Shown piece after piece: positions 13,707 through 26,424 of a stretch of 64,000 nucleotides of DNA. The stretch is from Ginglymostoma cirratum. Taxonomy: Eukaryota. The notes beneath the pieces are model-generated. The model had not been told where the DNA came from, did not search any database, and saw only the letters and a list, made by a program, of their open reading frames with translations. Position 1 is the stretch's first letter. Each line of letters starts with the position of its first letter. Location of the stretch: the NCBI GenBank assembly GCA_024137785.1, contig JAHRHZ010000268.1, forward strand, positions 6,262,772-6,326,771, given 5' to 3'. Both the position numbers and the translations under genes were made by a program.

Positions 13707-13899
13707 GTGAGTAGTATTGACCCTTCCTCTTTCACTGAGGGGCCAAATGATTTTTTTTTTGTCTAAATTTGATTTCCTAATAGTAGTTCCAACAGAAGTG
13801 TCAGCATCAATTATACTGAAATATAATGAGAAGGCAAGAAATAACTTCCATTTAGAGACTTCAGACACTCACAGTCACTGAAGCTCTATTGAATTGTAC

Positions 13900-14600
13900 A
13901 ACAATAACAATTTCCATTTATATAGCACCTTTTAAATTGTAAAACATCACAAGGTGATCCACAGGGTCAATTATCAAGCAAAGTTTGATAATGAGACACA
14001 AATATTAGAACAAGAATCCAAAAGCCTGTGTAAACGAGACAGGCTTTAGGGAGCATCTTAAAGGAGGACAGAGAGGTAGCAAGGCAAAGGCATTTGGGGA
14101 AGAACTTCCAGACAGGGCCCACAATACGAAAGCTGATAGTAGTGAAATGAAGAAAATCAGGGATGTACAAGAGGCAAAAATTGGAGGTGTGTAGGAATCT
14201 TGGAAGGTAGGACTGCAATTTCCTCCAGAGAAAGGGGAAGGCAGTATAACAGAAGGATTTGAAAACAAGAATGAGAATTGCAAAATTTAGATAGTGCAAA
14301 TTTAGGTCATTTAACCTAGGGCAAATGGGATTTTACAGCAAGTTAAATATTGGCAATACAGTTTTTGAATGTCTTCTGGCTTATAGAGGCTAAAAGATAA
14401 TGGACACCTACCAGAAAGCATTGGAGCAGTCAAATGTAATGGTAATAAAAGTATGAATGAGGGTTTCAGTAGCAGATAGCTGAAGAGGAAGCAGAGTCAG
14501 GCTGTCATGAAATTGGACAGTCTTGTTTGAGAGAATATGTGGTAGCAAATTGGGCTCAGGATCAAGTTAGATGCCATGTTGTAAACAGTCTCTAACAGTA
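13900..14600 (-). mobile_element. L2-like LINE 3' fragment
   Basis: reversed L2-type tail aacaataacaatttccatttatatagcacctt, then purine-rich decayed body. Confidence 0.55.
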
Positions 14601-15468
14601 TCTAAGAATGTTGCCAGGGTTGAAACTTTATGGAACGCTTACAACTGTCTTGAGGAAAAAAATGTGACAATCAATTTGAAAATGAAGAGCAATAAAGTAA
14701 ATGAAGAGATCACATGTTTAGATGTTATATTTGGGATAAATGTTACATTAGTATAATATATAGGATATCAAAAATGCAGAATGGTTACAGTACAGAAGAA
14801 AGCTAATTTCATTACAACATAAAGGAGTAATCCCATCAATGCTGATTGCCCTAACAACACTGGGCCTTTTTTCATTTGTTTTGAGCAAGGAATTATCTGA
14901 GCGTGCTTCTATTTATCTTGCTTTTTTGCTTTACCATTTCTAACCTCTTCTCGTAGAGCTCCTGGGTTATCTAGTGCTACAGGCCTTATTGTGATTCCTA
15001 GCTTGGGAGTCCACCCTCCTTTATTGAGCAGCCAACATGGAGTTACTTAATTTGAGCTCCACTTCACATGAGGTTGCATTGACACACATTGACCTAGGGT
15101 GTGAGCTGTTCCACCATACTGTGGAAAGAGTACCAGGTGCCTAATCCTACACCCTCCCCCACCTCACAAACATCACCACAACCAATCGAAATCACCAGCC
15201 AGCAAAACCCTGGGCCAGCTTTTCTCCTTTAACCTAGCAACACTGAAATCAAATGGAGATCCTGCCTCTGGGTCTGGCTGATATATGTTAACCCTGCTCT
15301 GTGCAGCACTGCAAACCTCAATACCTGCAAGCTGAGGATTTTGTGTTTTGGCGGTATGCGCACACAGGACTGAAAATGGGGCTGGTAACCAAAGTCAGCC
15401 CAATTCACACATCAGTTTTTGCCCCGTGGATCAGTTGCTGACCTTCCTGTGCTGTTTATTCTTTCCAG

Positions 15469-15701
15469 CAGACAGATTTCCAGATATACTCTGAGTACTG
15501 CAACAACCACCCTAATGCTTACACTGAACTCTCCAAACTCATGAAGATCAACAAGTACGTGTACTTTTTTGAGGCATGTCGCCTGCTTCAGAAGATGATT
15601 GATATCTCATTGGATGGCTTTCTGCTCACACCAGTCCAGAAGATCTGCAAATATCCACTTCAGTTGGCAGAGCTGCTCAAGTACACCAATCCAGAGCACA
15701 G
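15469..15701 (+). CDS. ARHGEF4: ARHGEF4 exon: DH core (absent from ORF track)
   Basis: ctttccag| to AG|gtaagg, 233 nt, ends phase 2; [17 protein letters not shown]...[45 protein letters not shown]. Confidence 0.94.
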
Positions 15702-16514
15702 GTAAGGGCTAAATGACACTGTGCAAATAATCCTTAGAGATTAAGTAAACCAGAACACTCATTGAGTGAGCCAAAGTGGAGAATTTCGAATCAAGTGACT
15801 GGGTTTTCATTCTCCTGTTGTCAGTCAGAGCTGTGCAGATAAACTCACAACCAAAGCAAGACATTTCAGATGAACAGCTACTTTCCAAACTCAACACAAC
15901 TGGCCTGATGCAATTGCAGAGAAAGAAGAGAATGGGTAGGAGGTCAGATGATTTTGGGCTGGCCTTGTGTACTTTCAATGACACAATTCAGGAATGACAT
16001 TGCTTCAGATGAGACAATTGTTTGCCAATGTTGCATTTCACATGCAGGGATGAAAATGGAGAAACACACTCGAAAGTTGGATCACCAAGGTTTTGAACTT
16101 TCTTTTTTGTAAACTCACAACTGCGTGCATTTTGAATTCTGCCCTCTAGCCTCATGTGTGACTAACACTGATTCTGACTGGAGACCAATTTGGGAAGTGT
16201 GACACCCCATCCAGGACTTTGCCAGCACACTGGAGATAGGCTTGAAGGTGGGAGACACAGGAAAACACATTCAGAAAGAAGCTTGACACAGTCATGCAAC
16301 CACACCATTCTCCCAGTGGCAGGAAATGTTGAGGCCTGACCTGAAGTGAAAAGCCAAATTAAATAATTAAAATAGCATGTCCCTTTGAGTGTGGAGGCCA
16401 CCATGTGAGGTGGTCTTCTTGTTTCTGGGATTGGTGGGAGATCAGGGTCCGGGTTTTACTAAAGGATGCCTCCTTGGTGACAATAGTTCTATTGTCACTG
16501 CTGGCTCCTATTAG

Positions 16515-16880
16515 GAGAGGCAATAGCCCAGTGGTATTCTCACTAGCCTATTAATCCAGAGACCCAGGTAATGTTCTGAAGACATGGGTTTAAATCCCAC
16601 CATTGACAGATTGTGGAATTTGAATTCGGTTTTTAAAAAAAAATCTGGAATTAAGAGTCTATTCATGATCATGAAACTCTTGTCAATTGCTGAAAAAGCT
16701 TATCTGGTTCACTATTGTCCTTTAGGGAAGGAAAGTGTCATGCTTATGCGATCTGTCCTATATGTGGCACCAGAGCCACAGCAATGTGATTGACTTTTAA
16801 CTGCCCTTTGGGCAATTATGGTTGGGAAATAAATGCTGGTCTGGTCAGCGACATCCACATCCCATGAATGAATAAAAAAT
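16515..16880 (+). mobile_element. tRNA-derived SINE with LINE-derived tail
   Basis: A-box-like tagcccagtggt, B-box-like gggtttaaatccc, tail shared with LINE end at 1-175; reversed relatives near 35165-35490 and 37200-37450. Confidence 0.65.
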
Positions 16881-17329
16881 AATTAGCAGGGCCTACCTGT
16901 CTGATCCTGGCAGTGGAATAAATTTATATCATCCCTGTGTGGGTGCCTCAAATCTTTCCCCTTGCAGCCTCAGCAATAGCCATCTCTATCGGATGACTGT
17001 CCAGCAGTTTTGAGAGCTAGATGCCGTCTAGAATTGGATGCAGGCTTGGTGATTGTCTCCTAATTGACCATGTGGTCGCATTGCCCTCCCATACAGGCTT
17101 CAGATCTGCAATTGGGCCCAATGTCAGGACTTATCCTGATCTTTGAATCCATTAGGATTTTCTTGAAATATTTTCTTGAATGGAGAGAGACAAGGAAATG
17201 TGGAAGAAAAACTGGATTTGGGTGTATACTAACTAATTAAACGCTGGTGTCAATCAAAAAGGCTGATGGAAAATTGGATCAAATCTTGAAAGTGTGCAAA
17301 AGTGTGGGCGTTACAGCTCAGTTATAATG

Positions 17330-18140
17330 TTTGAGATGTAATTAAATTGAGGTGTTTAAATTGTTAACATAATTCAATAGGGTGGATAAAGAGAATTTGG
17401 TTCTTGTACTAGAGAATCCAACAAAAGGATGTATAACTCTCCAATTAGAGCTATGCGCAAAATTAGGCAGCACTATTTCAAACAATGGGCAGTAGAAATT
17501 TTGAACTTTCCTTTCCAAAGGGCTATGGATGCAAGGTCAATTGAAACTCACAAGGCTGTATACAATAATTTTTCACTTTGTAAAAAATATCAAGAGATGT
17601 TATGCAATGCCAGATGAATGAACTTGAATTATAGATCAGCCATAATCAAGTTGAATGATATAACAGAGTGAAAGAGTTGAATGGCCTATTCATGTTCCTC
17701 GTAATTATTTGGATCGTGTGGTTCATTAACGCAAATGGATTAAAGAAGCCACATTTCAGTGATAAATACTGGTGACTAACACAGACCTGTTGGTTCACAG
17801 ACATCCAAGTGTAATATTGTTGTGGTTAAACATGGGATTTAAGTACAGACTGAGAAACGGAAAGGAAGAAGGTATAGAGGAAATGTGAGGAATAAGTTTT
17901 TCATTCAGAGGGTGGTGGAAATCTAGAACTCACTGTCTGTAGGGGTGGTAAAGGTAGAAACCTTTGTAACATTTAAGAAGTATTTAGATGTGTATTTGTG
18001 ATGCCAAGGCATACAAGGTTGTGGATCAATTGCTGAAAAATGTGATTAGAATAGTTAGGTGGTTGATTTTGACTGGTGCAGAGGTGATAGGCCAAAAGGT
18101 CCGAGAGCCTTTTTTCTGTTCTGTAGATCTCTTTGTCTTT
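17330..18140 (+). mobile_element. Two decayed CR1 3' fragments
   Basis: CR1 3'-end motifs at 17630-17700 and 17890-18140. Confidence 0.6.
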
Positions 18141-18176
18141 ATGAGGTATTTATAAACAAAACAGTAACTTGTCAAG

Positions 18177-18305
18177 AGATAGTAGGAACTGCCAATGCTG
18201 GAGTATCTGAGATAACACAGTGTGGAGCTGGATGAACACAGCAGGCCAAGCAGCCTCAGAGGAGCAGGAAAGCTGACGTTTCGGATCTGGACCCTTCTTC
18301 AGAAA
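18177..18305 (-). mobile_element. Short Penelope terminal-repeat insertion with hammerhead, TSD-flanked
   Basis: TSD TAACTTGTC(A/G)AG at 18165-18176 and 18306-18317; minus strand CUGAAGA-A-GGGUCCAGAUCC-GAAACGUC. Confidence 0.85.
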
Positions 18306-18429
18306 TAACTTGTCGAGTCTGTTTTTCTGTGTCCACAGGCTCAGGCAATCTCTAAATTTCTTGTGCGTAAAGTTGATAATAGGATGAAAAAATCTTAAAT
18401 TCCTCAATATGGACATCCCTCATCATCTG

Positions 18430-18815
18430 CTGTAAAGAAAGGTTGGATAGGCTGGGCCATTTTTCACTGGGAGGTGACCTTACAGAACTTTATAAAATCA
18501 TGAGAGGTATAGACGGAGTTAATGGTAGGTGTCTTTTCCCTAGGATGGGGGCATTTCAAGATCGGGGCACGTTTTTAAGGTGAGAGAACAGAGATCTAAA
18601 AAAGATATGAGGGACAAATTGTTTGCACAGAGGGTAGTTTGTGTATGATGTGAGCAGAATTACAACATTTAAAAGATATTTGGATAAGTGCATCAACAAG
18701 AAAGGTTTGGAAGGATGTGGGCCAGAAGGTAAATGGGACTAGTGTAGTTTGGGATTATGTTCAGCATCGACTGGTTGGACCAAAGGGTCTGTTTCCGTGT
18801 TTTATGACGCTATGA
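18430..18815 (+). mobile_element. CR1 LINE 3' fragment
   Basis: ggtgaccttacagaactttataaaatcatgagaggtatagac (GDL-E-YKIMRGID-like) and ggaccaaagggtctgtttcc tail. Confidence 0.75.
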
Positions 18816-19229
18816 TGTGTACAAAAATTGAATAGTATTTCAGGAAAGTGAAACCATCGTAAATCACAGAAACACACTATAATGATAGGCAAGACCTTAA
18901 TTCCTAAACCTAGAACCTAAATTGGTTGCATTATCATACTCATGCATTTGTCCAAACAAAACCAATCAAAATAATTTTGTAAGATTTAGAATGTTTAATA
19001 TCCTGCTATCTATGGTTCATAGATTGCAAAGTTGAAATAGGTGGAAGGAAAAAACAATATAACTACTGGCAGCACGGATGGCCTCGCACAAATAAAGTGA
19101 TTTACACCAGATCAACGAGGTGGCAGTTTTCCATTGAAATCATTCAGATTGTATTTGCACAGGGTTTGCTTCTATTATCGTGTACCTATTCCCTCCTGTA
19201 GTATATGATCATTAATATCTTTCATCCAG

Positions 19230-19359
19230 AGATTACAAAGATGTGGAGGCTGCGTTGAATGCCATGAAGAATGTTGCCAAGTTGATTAATGAGCGCAAGA
19301 GGCGGCTGGAAAACCTCGACAAAATTGCCCAATGGCAGAGTTCAATCGAGAATTGGGAG
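19230..19359 (+). CDS. ARHGEF4: ARHGEF4 exon: end of DH domain
   Basis: ttcatccag| to GAG|gtagga, 130 nt, phase fits previous exon; (R)[43 protein letters not shown]. Confidence 0.94.
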
Positions 19360-20704
19360 GTAGGAGCCTGGACTCTGTGCGTCATCATCACACTTTTTGT
19401 TTATGTGTGGTTATTTGGTTATTTAGTCCAAGCTGACTATACCGGATCCAGTTCTCAGCCAAAGCTGTTCACTCTAACCCATTTGCCTGTCCTTTCCTCG
19501 ATCAAATATTTATTGATTTTTCCCTTTATATGCTGTTGGAGTTTCTACAAAAGTTGCCCTGTGTGGTAAAGCATTCTATGATCCACTATACTTCTCAGTG
19601 CTTATAACTTGTCCTTTTCTTGCGTCGGTGATAAACTGAATTTAAAGGCCAGATTGCCTACTGGGAAACTGGGTCAGACCGCAAGAAGTAAATATATTTA
19701 CTGGCTAGCCTAGCACCAGCTCACTGATCGCGTCTCAATTTTGCTTCTTCTGTGCAGCCAACACACATACTACTCCTGGTATGGGAGTAGAGTGGCAGCT
19801 AGTGGGAGATCATGACTGTACACCATATAGAATACTAACATGGGTAGGCCTTGGCCTTTGCTGAGAACTGGATTCTTTATTGGGAAGATCCTGACAGGAA
19901 TCCAGTGTGAATACATCCAGCGACCTCCAGCCCAAGGAATCAATTCATGGCTATGTTGTCAATGTAAGATTGTGAGGAAGTCAGCTACTTTAACCAAGGA
20001 AGAAACTGCCACATTTGTCTCCTTCTCATTAATTCATGTACTTACTGAAACAGTTTTTCATAATTGCCATGACAAGACTTTTCAAAACTTTGCTACCTCT
20101 CTTCCAGTGATTTTAAAGAATATTTCACCTTTTTTTTTTCTCATAACTAAACTCCTGAGAAATCCACATAAATACAGATTCCATTTATCTCATATGGAGT
20201 AGATAATCAATGCTTTCAAGTAAGATTGGACACTGCCTGGTTTTGAGTTGAGCAGTTTAATTTTTCCAGTAGTCTGCCAGAGCTTCTCACCGTACAAACT
20301 TGACGTGTGAAGATTGGCAAAGTGAAAAACCATATAATCTCCCATTATGTCATGGAGACATTATTTATTAAAGGTTTTCAGTGAATTTGCATTCAAACCC
20401 ACCTGGCCTAACCATTCTGGAGTCCTGGGACTTGGAAGTAAAAAGTAGAAACCTACGTGGTACTCCCTAAGTTGTGATAGCTAGCAGTCAACAATTCTGT
20501 CTTTCTCTTCAATGCCAACATGTGAAGCACACAAAAGTTCTTGTTTTGATGAGACCACAAACATAGCAACATTCATTTGGAGGTTGAAATTAAGTAACAC
20601 CAAAAGATTTGTCTCCAATTTCCACAGTTTACGCAGCCCGCCTGCAACACTGATAATACTCGAATGTAAGAAACAAAGCTCCTTGCATGATGGAGTTGAT
20701 TAAG

Positions 20705-22841
20705 ATTGTAGACTTGCTCGCTGAGCAAGTGTGTTTTGTTGTAGATGTTTTGTCACCCTGCTAGGTACTGTCATCAGTGCGCCTCTGGTGAAGCATTGGT
20801 GTTCCGTCCTGCTTGTTATTTATATGCCTCAGTTTGCTGGGGTGGTTGGCATCACTTCTGGTTCTGTTTTTCAGTGGTTTGTTTTTTGGGTCCAGTTCAA
20901 TGTGTTTGTTGACGGAGTACCGGTTGGAATGCCAGGCCTCCAAGAATTCCCTGGCATGTCTCTGTTTGGCTTGTGCTATATTGGATGTGTCATCCCAGTC
21001 GAATTTGTGTTCTTTTTTGTCCATGCTTATTAAGACCAATGAGAACTGGTTGTGTCTCTTGGTGGCCAGTTGGTGTTCGTATATCCTTATTGTCAGTTTT
21101 CTTCCTGTTTGGCCTATGTAATGTTTCTCACAGTCCATGGTATTTTGTACATTACATTAGTTTTATTGGTTGTGGGTATGGGATCCTTTACGTTCATCAG
21201 CAGCTGTCGCAGGGTGGTTGTTGGTTTGTGGGTTATCCTGATACCTAGGGGTCTCAATAGTCTTGTGGTGTCTCTGATGTGTCCCTGATGTACGGTAGGG
21301 TGACTAGTGTGTCTGGCTGTGTTGTGTCTTCTTGTTGTGGTCTGTCACGGAGGTAACAGTGGATAGTGATTTTTGGGTGTCCATTCCTTTTAAAAACTCA
21401 TTCAAGTGCTCCTGTTCTGCTTTGCGCAACTCTGGATTGCTACAATGTGTTGTGGTCTGTTTGAATAATGTCCTGATTCGGCTCTATTTACGGGTGTTGG
21501 GGTGGTTGCTGGTGTAATTAAGTATCTGGTCCATTTGTGTGGTCTTTCTGTATACGCTAGTCTGGAGTTTGCCGTTGTTCTAATGTTCTACTATTATGTC
21601 GAGGAAGGGTAGTCAGTTATTGTTCTCTTCTTCTTTTGCGAATTTTATTCCGGTGAGGATGTTGTCTATGTGTTGGTGGGTTTCTTTTATTCTTGTGCAT
21701 TTGATAATCATGAGGATGCCATCTATGTACTGGACCCAGAGTTTGGGTTGTATAGTGGGAGTGCTGTCCATTCTAACCTTTGCATTACTGTCTTTGCAAT
21801 CAGTCCTGATATTGGGGATCCTATTGGGGTGTTTTGTTGATTTGTTTGAATATGCGGCCGTTGAAGGTGAAGTGGGTCATTGGGCACAGATCCAGCAGTT
21901 TCACGGTGCTGTCTTGTTGATGCTATTGGTGTCATGGGGTGCCTGCCTTCCTGATTCATCCAGCAGTGTGGCAATTGTCCCTTTGGCTCGGTCGGTGTTT
22001 ATGGATGTAACGTGCTGTTACTTTGAAGGACATCACTATCTCATCCTCTTCTATTTGGTGTCCTTGATAATGTCAAGGAATTCTTGGGAGAAGTGGATGG
22101 AGTGCATAGTGTTGTCAACTAAGTAGTTCAGTTTCTGTTGTAGTTGTTTGGCTAGTCTATATGTCGGTGTGCCTGGTAGTGATACAATGGGTCTGAGGGG
22201 AGCCCCTGGCCTCTGTACATTGCAGAGCCCATAGAAGCAGGGTGTGTTGGATCCCTCTGGCTTCACTTCTTTTGGTAGCGTGTCTTTCTGATATCTCCTG
22301 AGTTGTGTAATTTCTTCAGGGTTGTTGTAATCTGGCACTCTAACTGTGGTGTTGGGTCTATTGCCATCTGTTGGTAGGTGTCAGAATCTGCTAGTAGTGC
22401 GTTAGCTTTTTGGATGTACTGGGCCCTATTAAGGATTACTGTCTTGTGTCCTTTGTCCACCGGTAAGATTACAATGTTTCTGTCCTTCTTGAGTCTTTCC
22501 AGGGCTTTCTTCTCTTCTGTGTTCAACGTGTTCTGCTTACCTTCTCTGCTCGCTGTTGGGACCATCATCTGTCTGATGGTCTGATGTATTTCCTTCGTGA
22601 GTCTGTTGTTCTTTATTGTCAATTCCAGTGTAGCCGGGAAGTCAGTTTTTTTAGCGTCCCTGTAGTTACAATTCAGTCCACGTATTAGGACGGTCTTCTC
22701 AGTGTCTGTAAGTGGTTGGTCTGAGATGTTCTTGATCCATATTTCCGTGTTGTCCATATCGTTGTTGTGGGTGAGTTTGGAGAGTTTTCCTTGTAGGGCT
22801 TTTTTTTTTGTTCTGGTCTTTTGCTGTTGTATGGTGATTGA
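20705..22841 (-). mobile_element. Penelope-like element family B: decayed RT + GIY-YIG
   Basis: minus ORF pieces LPVDKGHKTVILN, PLRPIVSLPGTPTYRLAK, HYIGQTGRKLTIRIYEH...AREFLEAWHS; imperfect 15-bp TSD at 20690-20704 and 22842-22856. Confidence 0.9.
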
Positions 22842-23717
22842 ATGGAGATGATTTAGTTCACATCTGGTTAAATACTTGCCTTAACTTTTAAATCTCCTAC
22901 ACCTACGTTCTAACAAGGAAACGGAAGGTGCAGTGTTGTGTTAAGAAATTCAGTTTTATTGCTGAAAATGGCCAGCACTGGAAGTGATATAACACTTGTT
23001 CTCGATCATTAGCGCAATGCTCTATTTTAAGAAGAGTGCTCAAATCTAGTTTTTTATACCACGATAGATGCACCTTTCTGTTGCTTAATGTGCTAAATGC
23101 TTGGAAGCTACAATAAAGTAGAACATATTTTGTTAATTCCACAATTCATTGCTGGTTATGCAATTACCATGTAGCAGCAGGGAGGCATAACTAACACCAC
23201 TCAATAACAATATAAATCTTTCGGAGATAAATGACCTACAGAATGTGCTTGAGCATGTAATTTAGTTTCAGGGTGCAGGAAATTGATCACTGAAAAAAAA
23301 TGTTACTGATTCGTAATGCTGATAAATGAGATACCTGCCAGCAGGGAAGTGGTATTGATTACGGAGGAGTTGGCACATCTTTCCAGCATTTTTAACATGA
23401 TGCATGTGATTTCAATTTTACATTGTGGCCGAATGGGACGGCATTAGTGAAGTGCCAGCTCTTATGCAAAATGCTCACTTTAGCGGCAACTGAAAGATGA
23501 TGATTCAACAGTTATGACTGATGATCTAAAGTAGGGCATTAAGCCAGTTGGCGCAAGCAGCTAAAGGACATTTACTCTGAAAAACCCATTTAAAAACATG
23601 CCTGCTCTCTTCCAATTTTCACTTAGCATGAACTGTGATACGATCACTGGAACAATACATTCAGTTGAAGAAAGGCTGCATATTTTCCCCACCCCACCCA
23701 AATCAACTTTACAGTTT

Positions 23718-23898
23718 GGAACAAAATCAAAGTTACTGGAAAAGCTCAGCGGGTCTGGCAGCATCTGTGAAGGAGAAAACAGAGTTAACGTTTCGGGTCC
23801 GGTGACCCTTCCTCACAACTGTTCTGAGGGTCACCGGACCCGAAACATTAACTCTGTTTTTTTGTTTTTGTACCTGATTTGCAGCATCCACAGTTTTT
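23718..23898. mobile_element. Palindromic double-hammerhead Penelope-derived short element (family D)
   Basis: inverted arms centred near 23820; TSD AATCAACTTTA(C/A)AGTTT at 23701-23717 and 23899-23915. Confidence 0.85.
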
Positions 23899-24084
23899 AA
23901 TCAACTTTAAAGTTTAGTGGCACTTGTAATTTTTGTATCATTTTTGACAGTTTTTAATACTGTCATAAACAGTATGCATTCCATCATATTGTATGTTGGA
24001 GGCACAAAGGCTAAGTAATCCTATTTATGAGGGATCTCTCGCAAAGCATTTCAAAATGATCCTTACCAGATCTTCCTTTTCTAG

Positions 24085-24216
24085 GGTGAAGATGTTTTGG
24101 CCCGAAGCTCAGAGCTCATCCATTCTGGTGAATTAACAAAGGTCTCCCAACCTCAAGCCAAGAGCAAACAGCGAATCTTTTTCCTCTTTGACCATCAGGT
24201 GGTCTTTTGCAAGAAG
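24085..24216 (+). CDS. ARHGEF4: ARHGEF4 exon: start of PH domain (absent from ORF track)
   Basis: ccttttctag| to AAG|gtaaaa, 132 nt; [44 protein letters not shown]. Confidence 0.93.
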
Positions 24217-24384
24217 GTAAAAAATGTCATCTGCTATATGTTAGCCTTCACACTTCTTTGAATTTCTTACAGAGATCATCTCAGCAATTTAAAACAAAAG
24301 GAATTACCTCATGAGAAAAGATCAAGGTCTATGCAGTTTCCCTCCCATCATCCTGGTTGTCAAGTGAAACAATGATAATTGCAG

Positions 24385-24740
24385 AACTGTTACAGCAAAA
24401 AAGGAGGCCATTTGGCTTATTCTGCCTGCACTGGTTCTATTACCTAGTGTCAAATTCCTGCCTTTTCCCCTTACCTCTGCACAGCATTTCAAATAATTAT
24501 CCAGTGCCCTCTTGAATGAGTCAGTTGAACCTGCTTCCACCACATTTCCAGGCAGTGCATTCTGTACCCTAACCAGTTTGTGTGTGAAAAAGCATTCTCG
24601 TTTCTCAAATCACCTTTGCTTCTTTGGCACATCACTTTAAATCTATGCTGTCTCAGTCTTTTTTTCAAAACAAGTTAAAACAGCTTTTCCTTATCTACTC
24701 TGCCCAGCCCATTCACTATTTTGAGGACCTCTGTCAAATC
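24385..24740 (-). mobile_element. CR1 LINE 3' fragment
   Basis: reversed CR1 tail; MVEAGSTDSFKRALDNYL peptide; related copy at 25640-26220. Confidence 0.7.
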
Positions 24741-25639
24741 TAAAATCTCTATGAAATCTAATTTGATAGCAGCTAATCACTATTGGTTAGGGTCAGACAT
24801 AAGGCAAAGAAAACTGGTGTCAATGCAGTATCGAGCTGGAGAACACAGCAAGTCAAGCAGCACCAGAGGAGAAGACCCAAAACATTGACTTTCCTGTTCC
24901 TGTGACACTGCTTGACCTGCTGTGCTCTTCCAGCTCCACACTGCATTAACTCTGACCTAACATTTGCAGTTATTGCTTTCTTTGCAAAGAAAACCAGAAT
25001 GTGTATAAGACTACAGACCTAAAATCCTTTTCTTTATAGCCGTACTACAGTAAAGAAGAAAGGACATGCTTTGATATTGCATGTTTCATGTCCTCCACAG
25101 TCAAGTAATACTTTGGAATCATTGTCACTGGTGTAACAGCTAATTTGAATTGATTTATTACTGTCATGTTTACCGGAGTACAGTGAAAAGTATGGTCTTA
25201 GATGCTTTGCAGGCAGATCATACTAAACAAGTGCATCAGGGTAACAGAACAGATACAATGCAGGACACAATGTTACAGCTGCCGAGAAGGTGCAGAGAGA
25301 GATTGACATTAGCATCTCAGCGTAACCACTAAGGTCCACAGTCCACCAGGCAAGCACTGCACTGATTCATGATCTGGGGAAACTGGAATATAATGGCAAC
25401 CAAAGTTGCTGTTCAATCCAGGCCAGTATAGCAAGGCGCAAAAGCGTGGTATTAACGAGAATGATGGTCAGCTGATTAGTAAAAGTCTCAGTGGGAAACT
25501 TGCTCAGAGCACAGTTTCACTGATAGCTCCATAATAGCACTGCTTACTACTGAATGCTGAAATAGATGGATATGAAAAAATGCCGTAAAAACATAGAAAA
25601 TAGATTTTCTGTCAGTTTTAATGTTACCGAGACGTTTAC

Positions 25640-26220
25640 AGAATCACAGAGTTGTTATGACACAGAAGGAGAGCACTGAGCCTATTATGTCTGCACAAGC
25701 TGTCTGACCATTTTGACTTAGTGCCAGACTCCTGTCTTTTATTGTTTCTATTTGAATAGTCATCCAATATCCTCTTGAATGCCTTGGTTGAACATTTCTC
25801 AAGCACGTTTCCAGGCAGGGCATTCTAAACCCAGATCAGCTGCTGTGTGAAGAAGTTTTTCTCGTCTTTGTAATTGCTTCTTTTGCAAAACACTTTAAAA
25901 ATGTGTTCTTAAACCATTTATAAACAGGAACGTTTTCTCCAATCTACTCTTCCAGACAAGACATGATTTTGAAAACTTGTTTCAGATTGTTCCTTAACCT
26001 ATCCTAAATAAATAGACCAAACTACCTTCATGGCTGAAGTATCTCATTCCTGGAGCCATTCTCTCTGCATTCTTGCCAGTATATTTGCATCCTTCATACA
26101 GTGTGGTGCCCAGGACTCAGTACAACACCTCAGCTAAGGTCAAACCAGTGACCGAAGTGGGTTGAGCATGACCTCCCTGCTCTTGTTGTACTCTATGCCC
26201 CTAATAATGAAGGCCAGAAT
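25640..26220 (-). mobile_element. CR1 LINE 3' fragment
   Basis: similar to 24385-24740, plus gtgtggtgcccaggact...tacaacacctcagc RT C-terminal motif. Confidence 0.65.
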
Positions 26221-26424
26221 GCCTAGCCAAAAATGCCACCATCAAACCTATTCTTTGTTCCTGTCTTTTCTAACCAGAAATATTCACACCAGTATTGTCC
26301 GCCTTGAGGCAGGTATCTGATACACCCCACAGCATCATCATCCCAAAAGGCAAACTGTGCCAGTAACCCCCAAACTTATTAACTATACTCTGCACATTCA
26401 CATACATGTAACATAACCTTGACT

